NCBI GenBank assembly: GCA_937892155.1 | Contig: CALAUG010000060.1 | Span: 3,931 to 67,930, forward strand | Reading direction: 5' to 3' | DNA length: 64,000 nucleotides | From: an uncultured Bacteroidales bacterium | GTDB lineage: Bacteria > Bacteroidota > Bacteroidia > Bacteroidales > UBA1715 | Shown: in pieces, positions 53,460-63,474 of the stretch | Layout: each line of letters opens with the position of its first letter | Numbering within the stretch: the first letter of the stretch is position 1 | Made by a program: the position numbers and the translations under genes | Notes under the pieces: generated by a model | What the model was told of the DNA's origin: nothing | The model's database searches: none | The model's input: the letters and a program-made list of their open reading frames with translations, nothing else

Positions 53460-54508
53460 TATTTTTTTATTTCTCTTTTTGGTCCAAAACACAATTCAGA
53501 AACAATAGGAAACGCGGAAATGATTTTCTTTATTCCAATACAAACAAAGCAAAGGAAAATTGCAAGTGCGCCTACTATTACAATTTCCAAAAGCCATTCA
53601 GCAGTAGCACCTTTAAAACAATCATTTGCCAATATTGTGTTCAATAATGCCGAAACATGTGGCAATTTGAACAATAAGAAGTAATGTAGAAAATATATTT
53701 CCAATGTATGCGTACCGATTAATGATAATCCCTTAGAAACAATATTACCATTTTCCAAGAAGTTTCGTCCGAAATAAAACAATGTGTATATGCACCACAG
53801 ACGAGCCAAAATAATGATTATCATGTTGTAGTTTGGAAAAATCACAGGTAAAACAAACGCAAGAACAAAAACGGCAAAATTCAACCATTTGTTTTCTAGC
53901 AGAGTATGAAATGTCTCCATTTTACTTTTGACAAAAATTCCTGCAATAAAATAAAGGAAGTAACGAGAATAGTACGCCAGAGAGAAAAATTCAAACCATT
54001 TTCCTTTGTAATTCGTTTCGTAGTCGCCAATAGTATACCAAACACAGGTAATTCCAATGGCCATGACAGTCAAGATGAGCAATACGATATTTTTATTTTT
54101 TACTTTATGTAACAAAAGGTTTACGATACTATAAGTCAAGTATATTTCAAAAGATACAAGAGTAAACCAATATCCAGTTTTTTCGCGTCCGAATGCTCCT
54201 TCAGTATAATGTCCACCATGTAAAGAGCAGAAAATGAAAAACATTACAATGGTCGGGAACAATTGCCCACGCAATTTCTTTAACTGTATTTTACCAAAGT
54301 TTTGCAGATTCCAGTCGAATAGCGCCTTGTACGAAACAAAACCACTGATGAAGAAAAACAATGGCATTCTAAAAGAACGTACAATGTCAGCAAACCACGA
54401 AGGAGGTACATCTAAAGAAAATGTAAGCAAATGCTGATATAATACGAATATCATTGAAAAGCCACGAAGGCAGTCAATGTACACTAATCGTTTTTTTTGC
54501 TGTTCCAT
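53459..54508 (-). CDS. acyltransferase family 3 (AT3) membrane O-acyltransferase
   Basis: 349 aa with the N-terminal YIDCLRGFSMIFVLYQH motif; polytopic. Confidence 0.8.
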   Translation of the reverse strand: MEQQKKRLVYIDCLRGFSMIFVLYQHLLTFSLDVPPSWFADIVRSFRMPLFFFISGFVSYKALFDWNLQNFGKIQLKKLRGQLFPTIVMFFIFCSLHGGHYTEGAFGREKTGYWFTLVSFEIYLTYSIVNLLLHKVKNKNIVLLILTVMAIGITCVWYTIGDYETNYKGKWFEFFSLAYYSRYFLYFIAGIFVKSKMETFHTLLENKWLNFAVFVLAFVLPVIFPNYNMIIIILARLWCIYTLFYFGRNFLENGNIVSKGLSLIGTHTLEIYFLHYFLLFKLPHVSALLNTILANDCFKGATAEWLLEIVIVGALAIFLCFVCIGIKKIISAFPIVSELCFGPKREIKK

Positions 54509-54514
54509 ACCTAT

Positions 54515-55660
54515 TTATTTTTTTTCGTTTATAACTAAATTATTTATGTGAGGTTCGTACATCTCCAAAACAACCACATCAGGTTGTTCCTTATTTATTA
54601 AATTAAAATTGTCACCATAATACCAATTGTCCCATATCGCAATAGATTCACTAAAATAAGGAATCATAAAGCTTTCAAGAATGCTCCAATAAGAATCTCT
54701 AATAACAAACGCCTTAGGGTAGTTGCTTTGATTTGTTTTGTAAACACTTTCGTAACGATTTGGATACGAAAATCCGGCAGGAGCCGCATATCCGCGTTTT
54801 TCTCCCTCGTTAATTTCACAAACCGAACGTTTGCAATGAACATCGTAAATGGTGTCAAGGGCAAATTTATCTTTATTTGTTTCTGTCAACATTGGTCCTA
54901 CCAAATTACCTCGTACCAGTAAATCATAGTTAAAATTAAAATCTTCTTTTTGCAGAAGTGCTATTTGAGGGAAATCTTTTTGCATCAGTTTCATAATTTC
55001 AAGAGAGCTATAAAAAGCAGCCAAAGAATTCCAATGATTGTCGTGCTTCCTGTATAATTGCCCCTTGTCTTTTTTTGATAAAATACATTCTTTCAAATAG
55101 ATAAAATTCACTTCGGCTGCACTATCCTGCATCATTCTGCAAATTTTATCGGTTTGCGTTTCCTTTGCCCGGCAAATGTATGGAGGAAGATATTCTGGAT
55201 AAATTTCCAAACTTGAAGGAACAACAACAACGTAGAATGTAATATTTTTTTCCCGCAAGATTCTATTACGTTTCTTCAAAATGTCAACAAAATCGCTGAT
55301 ATCATCGTCTGTCATCATTAGTTGACCAGTATAAACCTTTGTTTCTTTGGAAGCAAACATAAATCCATTTTTACCAATCACGGTTCCCTTTATAGGTGAT
55401 TTCCCCTGAGAAATTTTTATATCAAATGTAGAAGCAATATATACCGCTCTTAACGGGAAATGGTCATTGTAAAAAGATTCAAATTTTGGAGGGAATTTAT
55501 CAATTTCGCTTAATGACAGTTGCGGAAACTTTGCAAGCGCACGATTCTCGTTACCGATTTTAGGATTTGGAATAATAGGAACAATGGCCTGTATTGTGGG
55601 AAGAAGTAGCAGCAACACAAACAAACAAATTGTTATTATTTGATAAACTTTTTTATTCAT
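54515..55660 (-). CDS. AlgJ/AlgX-like (DHHW-type) periplasmic O-acetylation protein
   Basis: 381 aa with an N-terminal anchor and a KHDNHWN motif (family signature D-x-HW). It lies directly downstream of an MBOAT gene. Confidence 0.65.
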   Translation of the reverse strand: MNKKVYQIITICLFVLLLLLPTIQAIVPIIPNPKIGNENRALAKFPQLSLSEIDKFPPKFESFYNDHFPLRAVYIASTFDIKISQGKSPIKGTVIGKNGFMFASKETKVYTGQLMMTDDDISDFVDILKKRNRILREKNITFYVVVVPSSLEIYPEYLPPYICRAKETQTDKICRMMQDSAAEVNFIYLKECILSKKDKGQLYRKHDNHWNSLAAFYSSLEIMKLMQKDFPQIALLQKEDFNFNYDLLVRGNLVGPMLTETNKDKFALDTIYDVHCKRSVCEINEGEKRGYAAPAGFSYPNRYESVYKTNQSNYPKAFVIRDSYWSILESFMIPYFSESIAIWDNWYYGDNFNLINKEQPDVVVLEMYEPHINNLVINEKK

Positions 55661-55664
55661 ATTT

Positions 55665-57098
55665 TTAGAACCTAAAATAAATGAATGGATTATAACCTCC
55701 GTTAACCAAATAATTTGTTGTCAATATCATTACAATCAATACGAAAAATAGTATTGCAAGGTATCGAATATTTCCAAGCGATTTACTTATTGCTGCTTTG
55801 TCCTTGAACATATCGTTTAGCCTACTAATGACAGGACAGGCGCTTATAATTGCTATTGCCCCAATAGCGTAGTTATACATTGTTGCATATTCTAATAAGA
55901 ATTGGTTTGGAGTTATCTCTTGACGAATCCAAAACATACTTTTTAAATATTCCAATGCAAGAGTGAGATTTCCAGCTCTAAAAAATACCCAACCTATCAT
56001 TACAACCAGTAGCGAATATATGTGTTGTAGTATTGGATTCTTCTTTTCTAACCAATTTCCAAATCCAAATCTTTCAATGACTAAAAAAGTGCCATGCCAC
56101 AATCCCCAAACGATGAAATTCCAACTTGCGCCATGCCAAAAACCTGTACAAAAAAACACTACATACAAATTGAAATACAAACGACGTTTACTGCAACGAT
56201 TTCCACCCAGTGGAATATATAAATAATCTTTGAACCAAGCAGATAAGGTCATGTGCCATCGTCTCCAAAATTCTTTTATTGATTTTGAAATATATGGGAA
56301 ATTGAAATTTTCAGGAAAAGTAAAGCCAAACATACGTCCTAAGCCAATTGCCATGTCGGAATACCCAGCAAAGTCGTAATATATTTGCAATGTGTAACAG
56401 ATAATTCCTATCCATGCCGGCAACATACCAAGTGTTTCCGGATTACGTGAAAATATGGCATCGGCAACTATTGCCATTTGATTTGCGATTAATACTTTTC
56501 GCGCCAAGCCGAGTATAAATCGCTTTAATCCTTCATAAAAATTATCTAATGAAAATGTTCTTTCGGTGAGTTGAGTTTCCAATTCTTTATATCGCACTAT
56601 AGGCCCTGCAATTAGTTGTGGGAACAAGGAAATGTACGTTCCTAATTTCAGGAAATTCCTTTGTGCTGAAACTGTTTCTCTGTACACATCAATTATATAC
56701 GAAATTCCTTGAAACGTGTAAAAGGAAATACCAATTGGCAACACTATTTTCTCAATCGTTATTGGATTTATGTGAAAACAAACCGCAAGAATATTTATAT
56801 TATCGACAAAGAAATTTGTGTATTTGTAAAAAAATAATATTGATAAATTTACAAGAACGCCAGCCACCAAAAATGACTTCTTGCAATTTTTATATTTTGT
56901 TATTCCTAATCCAAATAACCAATTTAATACAATTGAAATCAACAAGATAATTGTATAACGGACTCCGCCCCAAGAATAAAACAATAAACTCGCAATGAAT
57001 AAAAAGGTATTTTGATATGGTATTTTTTTACATACTGATAAGCCTAACAAAACAAAAGGCAAAAAGATATATAAAAACACTAATGAACTAAATACCAT
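55665..57098 (-). CDS. MBOAT-family membrane O-acyltransferase (AlgI/DltB/PatA-like)
   Basis: 477 aa with an MVFSSLVFLYIFLP start and the invariant-His region FWRRWHMTLSAWFKDYLYIPLGGN. Confidence 0.88.
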   Translation of the reverse strand: MVFSSLVFLYIFLPFVLLGLSVCKKIPYQNTFLFIASLLFYSWGGVRYTIILLISIVLNWLFGLGITKYKNCKKSFLVAGVLVNLSILFFYKYTNFFVDNINILAVCFHINPITIEKIVLPIGISFYTFQGISYIIDVYRETVSAQRNFLKLGTYISLFPQLIAGPIVRYKELETQLTERTFSLDNFYEGLKRFILGLARKVLIANQMAIVADAIFSRNPETLGMLPAWIGIICYTLQIYYDFAGYSDMAIGLGRMFGFTFPENFNFPYISKSIKEFWRRWHMTLSAWFKDYLYIPLGGNRCSKRRLYFNLYVVFFCTGFWHGASWNFIVWGLWHGTFLVIERFGFGNWLEKKNPILQHIYSLLVVMIGWVFFRAGNLTLALEYLKSMFWIRQEITPNQFLLEYATMYNYAIGAIAIISACPVISRLNDMFKDKAAISKSLGNIRYLAILFFVLIVMILTTNYLVNGGYNPFIYFRF

Positions 57099-57140
57099 GT
57101 AATTTGTTTAGCAACAAACATTTACTCCATTTTTCGCGTG

Positions 57141-57148
57141 CAAATATA
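57141..57148 (-). promoter_or_regulatory. putative -7 promoter box for the MBOAT operon
   Basis: Minus-strand TATATTTG, 43 nt upstream of the ATG at 57098. Confidence 0.4.
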
Positions 57149-57210
57149 ATGCTTTTTTTAGTTTACAGGACATAGAGTTTTAATACATCCCATTTATGTG
57201 TAATAATTGT

Positions 57211-57218
57211 TATTTTTG
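57211..57218 (+). promoter_or_regulatory. putative -7 promoter box for the LtaS-like operon
   Basis: TATTTTTG, 21 nt upstream of the ATG at 57239. Confidence 0.4.
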
Positions 57219-57238
57219 CCCATACGAATGATGTTTTT

Positions 57239-59167
57239 ATGCAAAACAACTTGAAAGAATCTATTCTATCGTTTTTTAGAATTGTCTTTAATGTGACAGT
57301 TTGCTTTGCAATATTTAGAATCGTTCAGATATTTTTATTAGTCAGTCATTTACCATCATTTGTATTAGTATGTAAATCTGCAACTATAGGATTGTTCAAC
57401 GATTTCCTTTTAGTTTGTACATCTCTCATTATCACATTTCCGCTCCACATACTTTTCAGCAAAATATCTGTAAAAGTTGCCGAAAAAATAACACTGGTCG
57501 TGTATGCGTTACTATTAGTTATTGAAATATTACTCACATATTTCTACAATGAAGCAACTGTTCCACTTGGAGCAACGGTATTTTATTATTCCTTGCAAGA
57601 GATAATAGAAATTATAAAAACATCTAATCACACACCGTGGTTTCATTATCTTATTGCCGCGATAGTTGTTGGAATATTTTTCGTTCTCAAAAAAATCAAT
57701 TCCAGCAAAAATGTCAGGCGATGTACGTATTGTCTTATAGGACTGATTGGGATTTCAGCAATAGTGAAGTTCTCTTCATCAAGAGCAAACATGTTTAATG
57801 CAGAAATATATTTCTCTGCTAATAAGACAAGTTTCTTTATTAAAGATTGTTGCATAGAAATGTACTATTTACATCAAAGTACACACAACATAGATGTAAA
57901 AACCGAATCATTTCAATCGTATTTCCCCGATCATGTTTTTGTAGATAAAGCATATCCTTTCGAATATAAAAATGATTCTAAAGATGTTTTGTCTAGTTTT
58001 TTTAGGAAAACAGATTCTCAGCCGAATATTGTTATCATCATTGTTGAAGGTCTCGCACGGGAAAATTCTGGTCCTAATAGTCGTTACGCGTCAGTTACGC
58101 CATTTTTAGATTCTTTAGGACGTAATGGATTGTATTGGGGAAACTGTTTTTCAACTGCGACACGTACCATGACAGTACTTCCAAGTATTTTGGGTTCGCT
58201 TCCATTTGGGAATGGCGGTTTCCTTGCCACCAAAGACACAATTTTTTACAATAGCCTTCCTAAAATTTTAAGACAGAACTACTATGCGTTTAACTTTTTT
58301 TATGGCGGTTGGTTAGGTTTTGACAATATGAAACGATTCCTGATGGATAATTCTGTACAAGCCTATATTCCACAAGAGATAATTGATAATTCCAATGAAA
58401 AAAATCAATGGGGACTGTATGATTCTGTGACATTTTCGGAAGCGATTAAACGTATTAATTTTAAAGAAAAACATTTAGATGTATTTCTCACCCTAACTTC
58501 TCATGAACCTATTTCCTATCCCAATCAAAAATATTACGAAAACGAGTACGAAAAAATGGATAATACCAATCCTAAAAAAGAGAATATTGCCGTTTACCAG
58601 TATGTCGACAAATCAATAAAAGATTTGATAGACGAGTACAAAAAGCACGAAAATTTTGAAAATACAATTTTCATAATCACAGGCGATCATAACTGTCTTT
58701 CGGTGAGCATAAATACAGAGAATATTACTAATGAGGAAGCAATTCTGTATCGCTACCATGTTCCATTGATTATATGGTCGCCATTACTAACACAATCTCG
58801 AGCATTTTCAACTATTGTTTCACATAGAGACATCACGCCATCAATTCTTTCGTTTTTCAAAAATAACTATGAGACAAAAGTACCTACAACTGTTAGTTGG
58901 ATAAATTATGGATTAGATACTGTTGACATCGCACAATCAAGTTCATTCAATCCACAAATAGATGCAACATCAAGAAGAGTGAGCAACCTCATTTATAAGA
59001 ATTATTTTCTGTATGATGGGAAAAATTACGAGATTTACACTGAAAATAAATTGCTTCATTTACGTAAGAGCGATGAAAAACTTGACTCTATAAAAGATTT
59101 GTATAATTGCTATAAATCACTTGATTATTTCGTGATGAAGAACAATAAATTGAATAAACATGAATAA
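57239..59167 (+). CDS. LTA-synthase-family / sulfatase-fold phosphotransferase (membrane-anchored alkaline phosphatase superfamily)
   Basis: 642 aa with 5 N-terminal transmembrane helices followed by an extracytoplasmic sulfatase-like domain (IVIIIVEGLARENSG, TGDHN). Confidence 0.7.
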   Translation: MQNNLKESILSFFRIVFNVTVCFAIFRIVQIFLLVSHLPSFVLVCKSATIGLFNDFLLVCTSLIITFPLHILFSKISVKVAEKITLVVYALLLVIEILLTYFYNEATVPLGATVFYYSLQEIIEIIKTSNHTPWFHYLIAAIVVGIFFVLKKINSSKNVRRCTYCLIGLIGISAIVKFSSSRANMFNAEIYFSANKTSFFIKDCCIEMYYLHQSTHNIDVKTESFQSYFPDHVFVDKAYPFEYKNDSKDVLSSFFRKTDSQPNIVIIIVEGLARENSGPNSRYASVTPFLDSLGRNGLYWGNCFSTATRTMTVLPSILGSLPFGNGGFLATKDTIFYNSLPKILRQNYYAFNFFYGGWLGFDNMKRFLMDNSVQAYIPQEIIDNSNEKNQWGLYDSVTFSEAIKRINFKEKHLDVFLTLTSHEPISYPNQKYYENEYEKMDNTNPKKENIAVYQYVDKSIKDLIDEYKKHENFENTIFIITGDHNCLSVSINTENITNEEAILYRYHVPLIIWSPLLTQSRAFSTIVSHRDITPSILSFFKNNYETKVPTTVSWINYGLDTVDIAQSSSFNPQIDATSRRVSNLIYKNYFLYDGKNYEIYTENKLLHLRKSDEKLDSIKDLYNCYKSLDYFVMKNNKLNKHE

Positions 59168-60785
59168 ACTTACACTGACCGACAGGATATTATATCTACT
59201 AACATTCATCATTGGATTTATTGTTTTTGTATGCATTTACGGTTTTGAGATTTTAAATCCCTGTAACGTTGACTGGCTTATTGGGGGAGACTTGGAACAG
59301 CATAGTATTGGTTGGCAGGCATTTCGCCGCGACCCATGGTTCCTTCCAATTGGAATGTTCAATTCTCTTACATTTCCTAATCCTGTTTCCATAATTTATA
59401 CTGATTCCATTCCATTAATTGCCGTTATTTGTAAGTTGTTCTCACCTATTTTACCAGAACATTTTCAATATTTCGGTCTTTGGGGACTGACGTGTTTAAT
59501 GTTACAAGGTTTTTTCGGAGCGAAAATTTTAAAACGGTTTTGCGACAATAATCTAATAGTACTGGTTGGAAGCATTTTCTTCACCCTGTCACCTGTATTA
59601 TTTTTTCGTCTATTCGGGCACGAAGCCTTAGCTGGACAATGGCTGATTTTATGGGCAATTTCCGAATTTGTATGGAGGAGCAAAAAAACACGAAGTTTCA
59701 AAAATAACTGCATACTATGGAGCATACTTGGATTTCTTGTAATTGGCATCCATTTGTACTTCCTTCCTATGGTTGCACTGTTCTTGTGTGGATGTGTCGC
59801 ATGGGATATTTTGCACGATAAGCAATATAAATCGTTATGGTACATTCCAATCTATTGTTTTTCTGCAATTGTTATGATTCTCCTTATGGGAGGATTTTCG
59901 CACTTCGGAGCCAATTACGATGACGACGGGCTGACTATTTTTAGTTTCAACCTCAATGGATTTATAAATCCGTATGATACCTCACGTTTTTTGCCAAATT
60001 TACCACACGGAGAGTGGCAATACGAAGGCTTTGGTTATTTGGGATTAGGAATGATTATATTCACCCTGATTTCTCTTGGTACCATAGTATATAAAAGCCT
60101 CAAAAAAGAAATTCATCCATTTACATCACAAAATAAGTGGTACAACGTGTTATTTGCCTGTATTGCTTTCATTTTCTTTTTGTTAGCCTGTTCTCCAAGA
60201 ATTATGCTTGGGAAAGGCACCATAGTGAATTACATACACATTCTTCCTCAATCAGTCATTGATTTTTGGGGAATTTTCAGATCAACGGGACGGTTTATCT
60301 GGGGTATGGTATATATTATTTTTATTGCAAACATCTACTGCGTTTGTAAATATTTCAAACCAATATGGGCGTTTGCCATCATTGTCGTTTGTCTAAGTAT
60401 ACAAATTGCCGATTTAGGAAATTATTTACAAAAACGTGTTTCTACCACTGTCACAACTAAAAACGAATATGTTCAATTTAACGATGGCATTCTCGATAAA
60501 ATTGGAGAAGACAAACAGTTTAAACACCTCGTATTTGATTCCAGCACACACTTTACCAGCAAAGAATTTTATTCTTTCGCTGAATATGCGTTACGTAATG
60601 ACCTTACTATGAATTATTTCTGGCTCGTCCATAACACGGGAGAAATAGAACCATTTTCAGAAATTGATGACGAATCCATATATATTTTTGATGGTCGTGA
60701 CTCTCTTCGACCAACAAATAATCAATTACACTATTACAAAGAAGGAGACTATATTATAGGTACTCAAAAAGAAATTGCATTTTAA
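59160..60785 (+). CDS. large polytopic membrane protein (resembles the DUF6311 family; glycosyltransferase-C-like topology)
   Basis: 541 aa with an N-terminal DWLIGGDLEQHSIGWQAFRRDPWFLPIG segment and about 11 transmembrane helices. It overlaps the upstream gene by 8 nt. Confidence 0.5.
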   Translation: MNKLTLTDRILYLLTFIIGFIVFVCIYGFEILNPCNVDWLIGGDLEQHSIGWQAFRRDPWFLPIGMFNSLTFPNPVSIIYTDSIPLIAVICKLFSPILPEHFQYFGLWGLTCLMLQGFFGAKILKRFCDNNLIVLVGSIFFTLSPVLFFRLFGHEALAGQWLILWAISEFVWRSKKTRSFKNNCILWSILGFLVIGIHLYFLPMVALFLCGCVAWDILHDKQYKSLWYIPIYCFSAIVMILLMGGFSHFGANYDDDGLTIFSFNLNGFINPYDTSRFLPNLPHGEWQYEGFGYLGLGMIIFTLISLGTIVYKSLKKEIHPFTSQNKWYNVLFACIAFIFFLLACSPRIMLGKGTIVNYIHILPQSVIDFWGIFRSTGRFIWGMVYIIFIANIYCVCKYFKPIWAFAIIVVCLSIQIADLGNYLQKRVSTTVTTKNEYVQFNDGILDKIGEDKQFKHLVFDSSTHFTSKEFYSFAEYALRNDLTMNYFWLVHNTGEIEPFSEIDDESIYIFDGRDSLRPTNNQLHYYKEGDYIIGTQKEIAF

Positions 60786-60786
60786 T

Positions 60787-61500
60787 ATGAGAATGAAAAC
60801 TATCATTGTTCTATTTTGTTGCATGGGATTTATAGCGTGCAATCACTCATTTACATACCCAGAATCAAAAGTATGGGCACACGAAATTGATGACACAAAT
60901 GCACTTAAAATCAAACAAGATTTATTCGATGGTGTAGAGTGTAATTTGAACTATTCCGAATATCAAAATCAGATTTTTATCGGTCACGAACTTTATGACA
61001 CTGCGAAAAACGTGACCCTTGACCATTGGTTTTCAATCATACAAAATCCCCAAAAACTGCATTACTGGTTGGATGCAAAGAACTTAAATGAGAATAATGC
61101 AGAAGCGTTTTTAAAAATCGTAAAAGACGTGGCAAAGAAATACCACGTAACCAACAATATCTTAGTTGAAAGTAGAAATCCAAACGTCATACGTAAGGTA
61201 AAATCGGAGGGAATCAAAACTATCCTTTGGGTTGAAAATTTTCACTATTGGAAAACATACGATACACTCTCATGGTATAATGGGGTAAAAAAAGACATTC
61301 AGACGACGGAGCCCTTTGCAATCAGTTGCGAATACACTATGTTTCCAGTTCTCTCCGATTCGTTTCCAAACTGCAACGTACATTTTTGGAATACACCAGC
61401 AGAGAAAAATCCGGAAAGTGTAAAAAGAACTATAGATATGTGCAAAGCACCTAATGTGAAAATTGTATTAGTTGACTTTGACGAGCCAATAGAATATTAA
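60787..61500 (+). CDS. lipoprotein, possible PLC-like/GDPD-superfamily phosphodiesterase
   Basis: Start placed at MRMKTIIVLFCCMGFIAC (lipobox). VWAHEIDD...GVECNLNY...IFIGHE...WLDAKN...ILVESRN loosely follows the GDPD/PI-PLC TIM-barrel pattern. Confidence 0.35.
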   Translation: MRMKTIIVLFCCMGFIACNHSFTYPESKVWAHEIDDTNALKIKQDLFDGVECNLNYSEYQNQIFIGHELYDTAKNVTLDHWFSIIQNPQKLHYWLDAKNLNENNAEAFLKIVKDVAKKYHVTNNILVESRNPNVIRKVKSEGIKTILWVENFHYWKTYDTLSWYNGVKKDIQTTEPFAISCEYTMFPVLSDSFPNCNVHFWNTPAEKNPESVKRTIDMCKAPNVKIVLVDFDEPIEY

Positions 61501-63474
61501 TTACTCTACTACAATTTCGTACACTCTACCTTCTATATCGGTTTTGTTATATGGTATAAGTCCCTGTTCGAAGACAATTGGAGGCCAAAATTCCGAATAG
61601 TGATATTCTTGTGTAACAACGCACAACATTTGATTATTCGGTATTGAAGTACTTTCCTCATTCATATAGCCAACCACTTTCATTGTTTCTGGAGTTTTTC
61701 CTATTCTCCATATTATTTCCCGAGGTCTCCATTCTATTTCGTAATAATAATATTCTTCTTTAAACACATCATTTTTTATAGGAGTACGTATGGTAAGTGC
61801 TTTATAGATTTTGCTCCAACGCAACATATCATATTTTTCTCCATCGTATTTGATTGATGACAACCCAGAACGGAATTTAGGTGGCTGCGGACAAGCCAAA
61901 TCCCAGTTCGTACAACAATACATAACTTCGTCGGTTTGAGTCGCATCTTCTTCGTGGTTCCCAAATTTACCGTAATATGGTTTTGGCCAATATTTTGAAG
62001 CCTTTACTATTTCTATGTCGATTTCGGAATAATTTGTTTCTTTAACTCTCTTGGGGTCCTTACTACCATCGCCTTTCTCAATGTAACCAGCTTCCGAAGG
62101 TCTTCTTTTGTTCCAGCCATAATTGTCCTGATATATAAGCCAAAATGCGTATGTTAGACCATTCCAAATATTTTCCTGATTCAACATAACTGGAAATTTT
62201 ATTTTTCCACGGAACTTCCCGTATGTAAATCCAACTCGCGTCTTCACTCCCGTTGATTCTTTCTTCAAATGTTGCTCATCTTCGCTATGTGGATTAATTA
62301 ACGAAATATATTCCCCGTTATTCTTTACTTTCACTGTTGCACAAGGACATTCCGACGACTGTGGATAACCATGAATCAATTGCGATGAATCATATTTTGT
62401 TTTGTTTGCTTCATATTCTGCTCGAGTATATGGATCTTCTTCGGAAACAACATCTTTAATTAATGGAATATTTCGCAGATCGTACATGTGACTTACAACC
62501 GAATAATGTTGCTGATAAAGAGCATGTTTATATAAATAATCATTCGTTCCACAACTTGAATCGGTATATGTCAAGTTATAATTTGGATTTCGCATGGCTG
62601 TTTCATCAGTAAAAACTCCAGTTTTCGGAGTAATTACCGCACGGGTCTTTAACACTTTCGAACCTCCAATAATTTGTACTCCTTCTATTGGATTTTTCTT
62701 GAACCAATATATTGGATTAACGAAAAGACCTTGTTCATTCATTTCGCCAATATTTTGAATATTCCGAGGTATACTTTGCAATGCTTTTTCTGTAACGATG
62801 ACTAAATAAAATGAATATACACCGACACGAGGATTACGTTTCCAACGATGATTTTGCGGACCAGGTCCCTGACGTTCGTTGGTAATAAGATAACGTGCAT
62901 CCAAAAATAACTGCTGGTCAACTGAGAAATTATTTTTTTTGGCTTTTTCCACTATTTGGGCGTAATGTTTTTTATTGCTCCGAATTTTTTCCATGCACTG
63001 TGAAATAGCCTCACGGCTCACATCATATTCTGACAAATCTTTCCCATAATACAATTGTTCGTCACGTGGATTACCAACTATACGAAAAGAATCACAAATG
63101 CTACCAGAATTGTCAACTGGTTTAAATCCAATAGAAACATCTTCCCAACTACCATAAAAATTTTCATAATTCAACGAATCTTCTTCATCAAATTTGTACG
63201 TCTCATTTTGATAGAATATTTTGTAAAACAAAGGTTCCTTTGTGTTTTTTAACTGATAAGTAAATACAAACATTCCTCCAGCAACCTGACGTTCCGATGG
63301 AACTACAATTCCATCTATAACAGCATTGTTCAAATCAAAATCCAAGCGGACTGTATCCGCCGCATCAAAATTTGACATTGGATTAAACGTTTTTACCGTT
63401 TGTGATTTATTGCAAGAGATAAAAAACAATATCCCTATGAACAAAAAAAGTTTTTTTACCATGTTACTGCTCAT
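61501..63474 (-). CDS. lipoprotein with a C-terminal GH16-like (ExDxE) glycoside hydrolase domain
   Basis: 657 aa with a lipobox (FFISCN) and YSEIDIEIV, which matches the GH16 E-x-D-x-E catalytic motif. The ~400-aa N-terminal region is unassigned. Confidence 0.5.
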   Translation of the reverse strand: MSSNMVKKLFLFIGILFFISCNKSQTVKTFNPMSNFDAADTVRLDFDLNNAVIDGIVVPSERQVAGGMFVFTYQLKNTKEPLFYKIFYQNETYKFDEEDSLNYENFYGSWEDVSIGFKPVDNSGSICDSFRIVGNPRDEQLYYGKDLSEYDVSREAISQCMEKIRSNKKHYAQIVEKAKKNNFSVDQQLFLDARYLITNERQGPGPQNHRWKRNPRVGVYSFYLVIVTEKALQSIPRNIQNIGEMNEQGLFVNPIYWFKKNPIEGVQIIGGSKVLKTRAVITPKTGVFTDETAMRNPNYNLTYTDSSCGTNDYLYKHALYQQHYSVVSHMYDLRNIPLIKDVVSEEDPYTRAEYEANKTKYDSSQLIHGYPQSSECPCATVKVKNNGEYISLINPHSEDEQHLKKESTGVKTRVGFTYGKFRGKIKFPVMLNQENIWNGLTYAFWLIYQDNYGWNKRRPSEAGYIEKGDGSKDPKRVKETNYSEIDIEIVKASKYWPKPYYGKFGNHEEDATQTDEVMYCCTNWDLACPQPPKFRSGLSSIKYDGEKYDMLRWSKIYKALTIRTPIKNDVFKEEYYYYEIEWRPREIIWRIGKTPETMKVVGYMNEESTSIPNNQMLCVVTQEYHYSEFWPPIVFEQGLIPYNKTDIEGRVYEIVVE

